From assembly GCA_046538485.1 (NCBI GenBank), contig JBKHIT010000004.1, forward strand, positions 64,001 through 128,000: DNA of 64,000 bases, read 5' to 3'. The position numbers were made by a program, and so were the translations under genes. This DNA is from Candidatus Brocadiia bacterium. Lineage in GTDB: Bacteria; Planctomycetota; Brocadiia; SM23-32. How positions within the stretch are numbered: the stretch's first letter is position 1; each line of letters begins with the position of its first letter. The notes below the pieces were generated by a model. That model was not told the DNA's origin, did no database searches, and was given only the letters and a program-made list of their open reading frames with translations. Below are positions 51,701 through 60,296 of the stretch, piece after piece.

Positions 51701-52993
51701 AGCGCACGAAGAATTTGGAGAGCAAGCTCACACTCCCGGGATCGGGCCTTGAAACTCGGCCCCGCAAAACCGGTTGCAGATGACCGGGGCCGCATTTACT
51801 TTCCGCGGGCCGGTGTTTTCGATTGTTACGAACAATCGAACGGCCGATTTCTGTGGTCGGCTCAGGTCAGCCCCGGTCACATCCCAACCCACGCGGGCAA
51901 AAAGCAATGGCCGCGAGTTTGCCTCTGCCCATACGGCGGGAAAATTCTGGCTTTCGATCCCGCAACAGGTGTTGTCGCAGCCTTCGCGGCTTCAACAGGC
52001 AAACTGATCTGGCAAAGATTGCCCAATGAAATGACAAATGCAGCCCTCACCCGGCATTCGGGTGCATCGCTTCGCAATGGAAAACTTTTGGTCTACGGTT
52101 TGACGACAGCCCTTTTTGACGCCGATACGGGTGAACTTCTGTGGACCTTTGAACCGGACCGAGTGCGCAGTTTCCCGATCGAACTCAGTTCCGGGCAACC
52201 CTCATTAGATGACGTGAAACAGGCAACGGGGTATCGAATCTATCCTTCGCGAGGGTCATTTCCCAGCGGCCCCCCGGTGGCCATCCGACGTAGTTCATCC
52301 CAACACAGCGTTTATTTGAACCATATGGCCCGACCGCGCAATTGGAACTTCAGATCAGGACATAGATCCTGTCCAGTCTCACCAGGAGCTGCCTGGCACG
52401 GTCAGTTGAGACGCAGTTCCGGACACAGTCTGATTCTTGGAGATAATAACGTCTTACTGTTCAACAGTCAGGGATATTCATGGCATCTGCCTCTTGAATT
52501 TCCGTTGGTCGGTGAGACAGTGCGAATTCACGGAGCATGCGCGGGGATAGCGCAGAACCGGGCCATTGTCACTTACTACGGCCGCATTTACGCAATATCA
52601 CTGGAGAGCGGAACGACTACTCAAAGGTATGAACTTTCGAAAATTATGCAGAAAGGTAATTCACGACCCTGGATACAGATAGTCCCGCATGGTAAATACG
52701 CGTATGTCACCGGCCCCGCAGGGATTATGAGTGTCGAAGTAAAGACGGGAGAAACGCAGTTCCACCAAAAATGGCCCAAAATACTGCAAAATAGAGGTGA
52801 AAACCCGAAGAAGCAGGAAAGTGGCGGCAGCTACCCGCGTGTGTCCTCTTACTCAGGTGCCTCTGTCTACGTAAAACTGAGCAAAAATGGACCATCCGAG
52901 TGGATTTCTTTCACTGGTCTTATTCAAAACCAAACTCTCTACACTACTTATCCCCCATGGCGTGTCGTTGCCATGGAATCCAGTTCAGAGTAG
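48758..52993 (+). CDS. Large exported TPR plus PQQ-like beta-propeller protein
   Basis: 1411 aa; signal peptide; helical TPR-like repeats for about 850 aa; repeated TGKLIW/TGELLW motifs. Confidence 0.82.
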   Translation: MKRTALLIPFLLFPASILFAASDSGKNEEKKDLLRKSRPLRTVLHRDPAMKAPFERLYKMYVGAGHCDTLLNIYREHLKKYPSDQNARIVLIRILLKNKPRDALTEAQNAVKIDPHKSYFHFLHHRALQESDQEAKALGPLQKAIENARLPARRRRWIERLLQAAYELDKSELCKQYLAKLARLGKGQPSLLLQAAQRMQELAFYTMTLKTLEEAREARPGPEDSVNIELLAAETHRLLGDREKAAQKLDQLLVRLTPDYWRRFEIWQKRLGLIQDETERHQLLQKLRKCVKQNPHDGTAVLDLSQLLAMSKRRREAVEVLLKGSRQIPRSLKIEKELLNLFDLIRDERGREKYLRRRLKRFPERRDLHFAWIKTLFLLGQCNKASDELDTLLAQLSPAEQARQLLKLGRFLRRSALPTDAVHILERLLKVNPNNMSVRRELAEIYLTLGERQSARRILTKNLPENPTTEELLDIVRFMISKKLYIEARSVVRSKLDEESTNLDLRMLLLTIEKNIGYYYAGRQLVRESRKLADTIPRYRQWLEAACGFHEHMASLNDFLNDERRRIMSAHNLRRELRGTELNSLSKKQLEKIAVYAEIAGRYHMSAEAVSIIENALAFKPDRNLRVKLRRQLISILDNQTGETKTLEKHLKELAAEDPDSRHRCWLRLALLHAQENNSSSARRKIGNIDFSAIQNAALLSRAYGKLHNMLDEKQRLSLSRQLVELEPGSLSHWEKRLMVLAVSAREEKLRSTLEQLRIGNDKISLPEKTKNILKAHQLASCWRSIAYRLAERRAKDLHQALRLTKDAAELISNSEQNLWVRWTQAYILRVMGRKKAARNATEHFRKATQKVKDKHDSPSVMIRFPDGLTLGRKHARKLLGNSEKNDTKQTKPSTTHIDKPLRLKWAFESNSDSPITAIEPLSKNRILLCDSYGELTCLNSQTGKLIWQKTDLLSPAETFVKAASTVAKTNPSTVALRSGPSARRIWRASSHSRDRALKLGPAKPVADDRGRIYFPRAGVFDCYEQSNGRFLWSAQVSPGHIPTHAGKKQWPRVCLCPYGGKILAFDPATGVVAAFAASTGKLIWQRLPNEMTNAALTRHSGASLRNGKLLVYGLTTALFDADTGELLWTFEPDRVRSFPIELSSGQPSLDDVKQATGYRIYPSRGSFPSGPPVAIRRSSSQHSVYLNHMARPRNWNFRSGHRSCPVSPGAAWHGQLRRSSGHSLILGDNNVLLFNSQGYSWHLPLEFPLVGETVRIHGACAGIAQNRAIVTYYGRIYAISLESGTTTQRYELSKIMQKGNSRPWIQIVPHGKYAYVTGPAGIMSVEVKTGETQFHQKWPKILQNRGENPKKQESGGSYPRVSSYSGASVYVKLSKNGPSEWISFTGLIQNQTLYTTYPPWRVVAMESSSE

Positions 52994-53014
52994 TTACCTC
53001 AAAGAACCCAAATA

Positions 53015-53956
53015 ATGCCAGATACAAACAAACGGAAAACACAGGACACTCGTTCGGAGGGAACGGACGAGGAAATATTCGATCATGAATTTCTCGGTCG
53101 GTTACGCAAATTATTCTTTAAACTCCGCAAGCGACGGCGTTTGCGTAATAAAGGGATTCAAAATAGTCCCGCTTCCGGTTTCACGCAGGAATTCAAAGAC
53201 CGCCGCCAGTACGCACCAGGAGATGATTTCCGGGCGATCGACTGGCGGCTCTATGCACGAATGGAAAAGTTGTTCATCCGAATATTCGAGGAAGTCCAGG
53301 AATTCCACATCCATATTCTCACCGACCGGAGCGGGTCGATGGTCCAACCGTTCGCACAGAAAAAAGTCTGCGCCCTTCAACTCAGCGTCGCCCTGGCATA
53401 TCTCGGGCTCGTTAACGAACATAGAGTTTCATTGATGAGTTTTGGCGATGATATCCGGCGAGAAATGCCACCTCTAAAAGGTCAGGGACACATTTACTCG
53501 ATCCTTGAGCATATGTCCGGGCTTGAATTTGGCGGCGTGACACAGCTCACCAGAAGTCTCCAGCATTTTAAACCTCACCGCGACCGTCGTGGCATCATCT
53601 TTGTCGTCTCGGATTTGTTTGGATCGCATCCCGGAGAATCCGAAGGAGCTATCAGACAAGCCATATCCTGGCCAGTCGAAACGCATGTTATTCAAGTTCT
53701 ACACCCACGTGAGATCGAACCGGATCTCGAAGGTGAAATTCAGCTCGTCGATGTGGAGACCAATGAAGCACGACGTATGCGCCTCAGCCGTAAAGAAATG
53801 CACCGCTACCGGGAAGCCGTTCAAGCTTACATGGATAAACTGGAACGTGAATGTCTGCGACGTGAGATTAATTATTACCCATGGCAAACCGATCAGCCAT
53901 TTGAAGACATGTTCCTTCAGCTACTTTCACGAGGGAGTGCTCTCGCAGGAGACTGA
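53015..53956 (+). CDS. DUF58 domain protein
   Basis: EFKDRRQYAPGDDFRAIDWRLYAR, DRSGSM, VVSDLF. Confidence 0.92.
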   Translation: MPDTNKRKTQDTRSEGTDEEIFDHEFLGRLRKLFFKLRKRRRLRNKGIQNSPASGFTQEFKDRRQYAPGDDFRAIDWRLYARMEKLFIRIFEEVQEFHIHILTDRSGSMVQPFAQKKVCALQLSVALAYLGLVNEHRVSLMSFGDDIRREMPPLKGQGHIYSILEHMSGLEFGGVTQLTRSLQHFKPHRDRRGIIFVVSDLFGSHPGESEGAIRQAISWPVETHVIQVLHPREIEPDLEGEIQLVDVETNEARRMRLSRKEMHRYREAVQAYMDKLERECLRREINYYPWQTDQPFEDMFLQLLSRGSALAGD

Positions 53957-53989
53957 TGTTGTGCTCCTGCTGTCGCCGATTAGCAAAAC

Positions 53990-55903
53990 ATGAAGTTCTT
54001 GCAACCCACAAACCTCGCCTGGCTCAGTCTCATTACTATTCCGATTCTCCTGTATCTCTTTCGTCTGAAGCCTCGCACTGTCCGGGTGAGCACGCTCAAC
54101 TTCTTCAGAACCCTTGCCAAAACCCGTAGCGAATCGCCCTGGCTGCGTTTTCTTAAAAGACTTCTATCTTTCCTCCTGACCGTTCTCATCATCGCCTGCG
54201 GTGCCGCTGCTCTCGCTCGCCCGGTGCTCGCCCCCCCTGAAGGTTCTCTGAAGAGCGTTGTCGTACTGGTTGACCGTTCAGCTTCAATGGCTGCTGAGCG
54301 GGAATCGGGCCCTTCTCCTCTCAAGACAGGACTCGCCCGCACCAAACAGCGACTTTCCTCACTGCCCGGAGGAGTCGGAGTCACCATTGTTGCGTATGAT
54401 TGCCGCCCGGAAATACTGCTCCCACGAACACTTGAAAGACGTGATGCGTTTCGGATTCTTGGCCAGATATCGGCTCTACCTATCGAAGGCGACACAGCAC
54501 GCGCACTTTCCCTGGCTAAAAGGCTTGCGGCCATCGACCCAGCGGCCAGCATCTGGCACGTAACCGATCGTTTCCCGTCCGATCAAGATGAATTCACTTT
54601 TGAAGAAGGCAGAACTCCAGATATCTCCTTGGAGACTATCGCGGTTCCGCCCGACAAACCGGCAAACGTCGGTATTACTGCCTTCAAGCTTCAAAAGCTG
54701 CCGATGGAACACACTCGACACGAAGCATTTCTCCAGCTGCATTCGGCGTCGCAGAAAGAAATGGAGACAGAGCTGGAAATTCGAATTGACGGGACACTAA
54801 TGGCCATCCGGAAACTGACGATCGACCCCGTCGGTCGAGAACGGCTCCTTATTCCTGTGGACGTCTCCGCGGGAAACGTTCTCACCATCCGTCTTTCCGG
54901 ACATAAGGACATTCTGTCTTTCGACAACGAGATCCACGCGCGCCTGCCCCGTTTGGGTCCGTTGAGGGTTCTCTGGTTGTGCCATGAAAGGCGCCCATTC
55001 ACCGAGATAGCACTCATGACACTTGGATCCGAACACGATGTCGAAATTTACCAGGGCTCCCCAAAATCATGGCCCCCAGACCAATCAGACAACACCCTCA
55101 CACCCGATGTGGTGTTATTTGACAGCTGGGTCCCCAAAAACTGGCCGACGGATACGCCAGCTGTCGTCATAAATCCACCGGAATCATCAGGACCAATACA
55201 GGCGAGGAGTCTGGACAATACCGGTCTCCTGCTCGACAATATCCGGCCTACCCAACAGAACCACACGTTACTATACGGAGTGTCAACGGGGCGGCTGCGT
55301 CTCTACCAGACTTCAGTATTGCAGGCTGTTGGCCCCCTTCAACCGTTATGGGTGGGACGGGCCGGACCTGTTATGCTCGCGGGGGAAATGAAAGGACAGA
55401 GAATTGTTGTGATGGGATTCGATCCTGAACGGTCCGGGGATCTCCCTTTGACGGCTTCTTTTCCGCTTTTGATGGGTAATGCTCTCTACTGGTGTGCGGA
55501 ATCTTCGCCGCCAACCAGCGATGCGTCCACCACCCCACTGGGAAACTTACCGACCGGAAGCCTGGTTGAACTGAAGGGAAACTCTATTTCGTGGTCGGTC
55601 CCCGGCAAACCGCGGGAGACCTCCTCAAAACGAATTCAGGGACCATGGATCAGGCTGGACAGACTCGGGCTTTTCAAAACCGACGCCGGTGAGTACGGCG
55701 CCGCCATTCTGTTGTCCCCACATGAAACCTCCCTGGGTAAAACCGACAAACAATTTCGCTCGAAAAAAGAACCCGACGATGCGGCGACAGCACGAAATGA
55801 ATCAGGGCACTTCAGTGGGGAACTCACAACGGCGCTTTTGTGGGCCATCCTGATTCTTCTGGTATTGGAAAACTGGCTTTATCATCGACACGCTGTCTAC
55901 TAA
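53990..55903 (+). CDS. BatA-domain/VWA protein
   Basis: MKFLQP...IPILLYLFR..PRTVRVSTL double-TM BatA N-terminus, DRSASM MIDAS, C-terminal TM ending LENW. Confidence 0.88.
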   Translation: MKFLQPTNLAWLSLITIPILLYLFRLKPRTVRVSTLNFFRTLAKTRSESPWLRFLKRLLSFLLTVLIIACGAAALARPVLAPPEGSLKSVVVLVDRSASMAAERESGPSPLKTGLARTKQRLSSLPGGVGVTIVAYDCRPEILLPRTLERRDAFRILGQISALPIEGDTARALSLAKRLAAIDPAASIWHVTDRFPSDQDEFTFEEGRTPDISLETIAVPPDKPANVGITAFKLQKLPMEHTRHEAFLQLHSASQKEMETELEIRIDGTLMAIRKLTIDPVGRERLLIPVDVSAGNVLTIRLSGHKDILSFDNEIHARLPRLGPLRVLWLCHERRPFTEIALMTLGSEHDVEIYQGSPKSWPPDQSDNTLTPDVVLFDSWVPKNWPTDTPAVVINPPESSGPIQARSLDNTGLLLDNIRPTQQNHTLLYGVSTGRLRLYQTSVLQAVGPLQPLWVGRAGPVMLAGEMKGQRIVVMGFDPERSGDLPLTASFPLLMGNALYWCAESSPPTSDASTTPLGNLPTGSLVELKGNSISWSVPGKPRETSSKRIQGPWIRLDRLGLFKTDAGEYGAAILLSPHETSLGKTDKQFRSKKEPDDAATARNESGHFSGELTTALLWAILILLVLENWLYHRHAVY

Positions 55904-55920
55904 AAAGGAGTTTCTGCCGG

Positions 55921-58539
55921 ATGGATTTGGCCGCGCCGTTTACATTTTTGCTGCTACCTGTTGTCATGGTTGGCCTGTGGTTTTTCCACTCCCGCTCTTA
56001 CCATCCCATGTCACTGCGAAGGCGTCGTTTTCTGACCGTTACACGCATGGTGCTTTTGGTGCTCATAATCGCAGCGCTCGCGGGCCCGGCCTGGCTGCAT
56101 CAGACCGGGCAAAAAGCAACTATTTTTGTATTTGATCATTCGCGCAGCCAGACAGAAATCGGTTTAAAAACGGCCTACGCACGCGCTGAAGCTCTGAAAG
56201 CACAGCTGCCCGGTCACTGCTATACGGGTTTTCTGTCGGCCGGCGAAAACGTTCGCGTCCTTCAGAAACCAAAGATGCGAGCCAAAATCCCTGAACTCGA
56301 CCTGACCACCCTGGAGGAAAACGGCGCCCAGACAGACCTTGCTCAAGCAGTGAATCTTGCGACCGGACTTTTCCCGGCCGGCGCGAACAGGCGCCTCATC
56401 ATACTCACCGATGGCGTGGAAACACAGGGAGATCTGCGGTCAGCTGCACGCGAAGCTTCTGCGGCGGGTATCACAATTGACGCCGTTCCGATTCGCGGGC
56501 CCGAACGGCCCGATATAAGGGTCGTTCAGCTCCGCACAAGCCGGTCTCGGTTGCGGGAAGGTGCTGATCTTGGGCTTAACGCGGATGTCGAAAGTTCGCA
56601 CCCGGGCAAAGGAATGATCAGGCTGTTTGAAAATGGTATAGAAGTAGCCTCTAAATCCCTCACGATCAAAGCCGGTGAAGAGAAAACTGTCAAATTTCAA
56701 CGCACTCCTTTCGAGCGCAACCTCTATACCTATCGGGCTCGGGTGGAAGGGTTTCCAAACGATTCGATCCCCGAAAACAACGATGCCATGGCACTGGTTG
56801 ACGTGCGGGGACGTCCTCTTGTTCTTTATGTCGAAGGCGATAGGGGTGAAGCTCGGTATCTCAGAGCGGCCATGCAGCGCGAAGGGATACGACTTCAAAT
56901 CCGAGGTCCGGAATCTCTCCCCGAAACCCCTCAGGGGCTTGCCGGTTTCGACAGCGTGATCCTGTCGGATGTCCCCGCACACAAACTGAGCGAACGCGCC
57001 ATGGTTGCCCTCCGGGATTACGTTGAGAAACTGGGAGGTGGCTTTCTGATGATCGGAGGTAAAAACTCTTTCGGTGTCGGCGGCTACTATCGTACTCCCG
57101 TAGAAAAGATCCTGCCTGTCAAAATGATACCTCCTGATGTCGAAGAAAAACACGTTATTGCACTGGCACTTGTCCTCGATAGATCGGGGTCAATGCAGGG
57201 CCAGAAAGTGGAATTGTGCAAATCCGCTGCCCTGGCCACAGTGGAAATCCTCAAAAGCAAAGATTATGTCGGTATTGTCGCTTTCGATTCCGCAGCCCGA
57301 TGGGTGGTTCCTATGACGAAAGCGCGTTCGAAAAGCACAATATCAGCCCAGATTGCAACGATCAATGCCGGGGGCGGAACTAATATCCATCCCGGCATGA
57401 CCTCGGCCCACCAGGCGCTTCAACGGGTTAAAGCCAGAGTCAAGCACATGATCGTTCTCAGCGACGGCCATACCAGCGGAAGCGGTTATGAACAGCTGGC
57501 AACCCGTATACATTCTGACGGAATTACAATATCCACCGTCGCTGTCGGTTCCAGCGCCGATGCAAATTTGCTACAAAACGTCGCCGCTGCCGGGAACGGT
57601 CAGTTCTATCGGACGTTCGATCCTACATCCATTCCACAGATATTTACGCAGGACACAATGGTTCATACGGGCCGTCTCATAAAGGAAGAAGCGTTTTCAA
57701 TCAACCAGGTGGAACAGCATCCTATGTTGGAAGGGTGGCCCGCTCATAACGCACCGGAACTTCTGGGATACGTAAAAACCGACCCGCGCGCTACCTCGCA
57801 GGTGCCTCTCGTTACCCAAACGGGCGCCCCCCTTCTCGCCCACTGGCGCTTCGGACTGGGGAAAGTTACGGCCTTCACCTCAGACGCAAAGTCGCGTTGG
57901 GCATCACTCTGGATCACGGGTTGGCGATCCGGGTACAGCCAGTTCTGGGCTCAAGTGCTGCGGGAAACAATGCGTAAACCCCAGGGACAGCTCATGGATA
58001 TCCGCCTCACCCAAAAAGGACAAAAAGTCGATATCGCCGTGGAAGTCCTCGAAGATCCCGGCCATTACGATAACGAAGCCGAAGTTACGGCAAACGTGTT
58101 TTTCGTCCCCTCGGTCTCACTTGGGGCCAGCATGAAACAAATCAATCAGCTCAATCTCTCACAGCAAGGCCCCGGACGCTACAGTGGGTCCTTCCGACCA
58201 ACAAAACCGGGCGTTTATCTCGTGCGGGCTCGCGCAGGCGCTAAACTGGTATCCGCTGGCCTTGTCCATAACGTATCCGGCGAAACCGCAACGGGCCGTA
58301 TGGATCTGGCGCTTTTGGCGGATGTCTGCAAAATAACCGGTGGCAAAGTGCTGGCATCCGAGGACGCACGCCTTTCGCCCCTCGGAAAAGGCCAGAAACG
58401 ACGCCAGGAACTGGCCCCGTTGCTACTGAAAATTCTTCTGTTGATTTTCCTTATTGATCTTGCTATCCGCCGCTGGGAAAATATACAAAGCGCCGGACGC
58501 TGGTTCGGACGGCGATGGAAGACTCTTGTCGGCAGCTGA
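55921..58539 (+). CDS. Double-VWA protein with glutamine amidotransferase-like domain
   Basis: RBS AAGGAG; N-terminal TMs; DHSRS/LTDG and DRSGSM/GGGTN/LSDG; GGGFLMIGGKNSFGVGGY; WRFGLGKVTAFTSD; C-terminal TM. Confidence 0.88.
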   Translation: MDLAAPFTFLLLPVVMVGLWFFHSRSYHPMSLRRRRFLTVTRMVLLVLIIAALAGPAWLHQTGQKATIFVFDHSRSQTEIGLKTAYARAEALKAQLPGHCYTGFLSAGENVRVLQKPKMRAKIPELDLTTLEENGAQTDLAQAVNLATGLFPAGANRRLIILTDGVETQGDLRSAAREASAAGITIDAVPIRGPERPDIRVVQLRTSRSRLREGADLGLNADVESSHPGKGMIRLFENGIEVASKSLTIKAGEEKTVKFQRTPFERNLYTYRARVEGFPNDSIPENNDAMALVDVRGRPLVLYVEGDRGEARYLRAAMQREGIRLQIRGPESLPETPQGLAGFDSVILSDVPAHKLSERAMVALRDYVEKLGGGFLMIGGKNSFGVGGYYRTPVEKILPVKMIPPDVEEKHVIALALVLDRSGSMQGQKVELCKSAALATVEILKSKDYVGIVAFDSAARWVVPMTKARSKSTISAQIATINAGGGTNIHPGMTSAHQALQRVKARVKHMIVLSDGHTSGSGYEQLATRIHSDGITISTVAVGSSADANLLQNVAAAGNGQFYRTFDPTSIPQIFTQDTMVHTGRLIKEEAFSINQVEQHPMLEGWPAHNAPELLGYVKTDPRATSQVPLVTQTGAPLLAHWRFGLGKVTAFTSDAKSRWASLWITGWRSGYSQFWAQVLRETMRKPQGQLMDIRLTQKGQKVDIAVEVLEDPGHYDNEAEVTANVFFVPSVSLGASMKQINQLNLSQQGPGRYSGSFRPTKPGVYLVRARAGAKLVSAGLVHNVSGETATGRMDLALLADVCKITGGKVLASEDARLSPLGKGQKRRQELAPLLLKILLLIFLIDLAIRRWENIQSAGRWFGRRWKTLVGS

Positions 58540-58706
58540 GAGAACAACCGGCTGTTGACAGATCAGCCACATTGCATGGCTAAATCCGATGAGCGCCGAG
58601 TCGGCCACGCCGCCTCGCAATGACTTGTAAGCCTGAATGGCTGAGACCAACGCAGGCTGAAAGCATATAGATACCTTTTCCACTGTCGGTATCCCTGGAA
58701 GTCGTG

Positions 58707-58749
58707 CCGCATTCTGAACTCCGGCCTCCCGCCGAAGTCCAGTCTGCTC
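58707..58749 (-). repeat. REP-like family A, copy 5
   Basis: Reverse complement GAGCAGACTGGACTTCGGCGGGAGGCCGGAGTTCAGAATGCGG, with a compensatory stem change. Confidence 0.8.
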
Positions 58750-58905
58750 TCAAAAATGCGCCGCGACATCCCCCCTGTGACCTCGCGTCGCAGGTAAAGA
58801 AGACCGATACCTGAAAACAACGCGATCCACGATTCGGCCCCAGTCGCCGATTGCTGAAAACAGCAATAACATATGACCTCTCAAATCCTGGTAGGGAGAT
58901 AAAAC

Positions 58906-60015
58906 TTGAAAACAATCTCATTTTCCCTCCTTCTCGCACTTTCCTGCGTGTTGTCAGCATGCACAGGCCGACCTGCCCGCTCTCGCCTTTTGACGAAACA
59001 CAAACGTATCGTTTTCCTCGGAGATTCCATAACCGATGGTCATACGTACCCCCTGCTTATCGCACAGGCGCTCCGGGAAGCGGGCTATCGGGTCCCTGAT
59101 CTCATTAACGCCGGAGTCGCCGGGGACACGGCCAAAGATATGTCCGAGCGCCTCCAAAAGGATGTCCTTTCAAGACAGCCCACTATGGTTTTTGTGAGCG
59201 CCGGCATCAACGACGTCCACGCGGGATACAGCGTCGAAAAGTACATGACGTATATGCGCGACATCTGCCGCCGCCTGTCGGAAAAGGACGTGCCCATCAC
59301 AATAATGACGACAACGATCGTTGGTCCGAAGCACGAAGACAAAAAGGAAACGCTGCTGGCCTACAACGAACAATTGCGCGATTTGGCCCGTGCAAAATCC
59401 TATCGGCTGGCCGAAATCTATGAAACGATGGAAGCCGAACAGTCCGAAGAGAAAGATCTGCTCTCTGACGATGACATCCACCTTAATTTCTCAGGATACC
59501 GCGTGATGGCCCGAGCACTCCTGGATTCCCTTGGTTGTAGGGAGGTTCCTGTTCCGGAGAAACTCGAACTCAGCCTGATTCCGGGCGTTGTGCGGCACTG
59601 GAGCATTCGGCCCGCCCGCAAAGATGAGCGGCCTCTCAACACCAACATTGTCAGCAAACTCAAGCCGGACGATAGCTGGACGGAGCTGAATCTGCCCCAA
59701 TCCGAAGCGATGGATTCCTGGTGGGAAGATCAGGAGCGGCAACGTGGTTTTGCACAAAAACTGCAAAAACACGTCGGCCGTGGAGGATCATACATAGGTT
59801 GCACGCAAATTCGGAGCGAAACGCAGCGTGCTGTGCAGTTTCTCACAGGCGCCCGCCTCCGCAGCATCTGGCTGAACGGCGAACGCATTTATCACAACAC
59901 CGAATGGACGGGCTGGCACGCCGGTAAAGAGCGAGTGCCGGCGACCTTGATGGCGGGGGAAAACCAAATCTTCATCGAAACGGGGCCGTCGTTTTTTCTG
60001 GCTGTTGATTATTGA
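58906..60015 (+). CDS. SGNH/GDSL hydrolase lipoprotein with C-terminal beta-sandwich
   Basis: TTG start, lipobox LSAC; FLGDSIT, NAGVAGDT, GIND, DDIH. Confidence 0.88.
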   Translation: MKTISFSLLLALSCVLSACTGRPARSRLLTKHKRIVFLGDSITDGHTYPLLIAQALREAGYRVPDLINAGVAGDTAKDMSERLQKDVLSRQPTMVFVSAGINDVHAGYSVEKYMTYMRDICRRLSEKDVPITIMTTTIVGPKHEDKKETLLAYNEQLRDLARAKSYRLAEIYETMEAEQSEEKDLLSDDDIHLNFSGYRVMARALLDSLGCREVPVPEKLELSLIPGVVRHWSIRPARKDERPLNTNIVSKLKPDDSWTELNLPQSEAMDSWWEDQERQRGFAQKLQKHVGRGGSYIGCTQIRSETQRAVQFLTGARLRSIWLNGERIYHNTEWTGWHAGKERVPATLMAGENQIFIETGPSFFLAVDY

Positions 60016-60296
60016 CCGGCCGAGGAACCGGCTGCCGAAAAGCTTCCAAAAACCGCTATCCTCGCGTATCAGAGAAGCCACATACATGCAGGGCGTGAGC
60101 GCCGAGCGCGCCCTGCCGTTTTGCCTCTGCACCCAAAACGTCTAAGCGAACGGCAGGTGAAGAAGATTGATATATCCTGAACCGACGGGGCACACAAAGG
60201 CGCCTCACCCGCTTTACGGATTTGACGTATGAAAGCCGATTGCTACGATAAAAAGTCTCCGATCAACAATTACGTTTTTTTGGAAAGCGTTAGATC

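Noticed and set aside
9268..58749. CRISPR array from the repeated 43-mer
   Set aside because: Copies are kilobases apart and in both orientations, with no regular spacers and no cas genes.
60088..60123. Rho-independent terminator after the SGNH lipoprotein gene
   Set aside because: A GC stem is present (GCAGGGCGTG/CGCGCCCTGC), but the loop is long and the U-tract short and offset.
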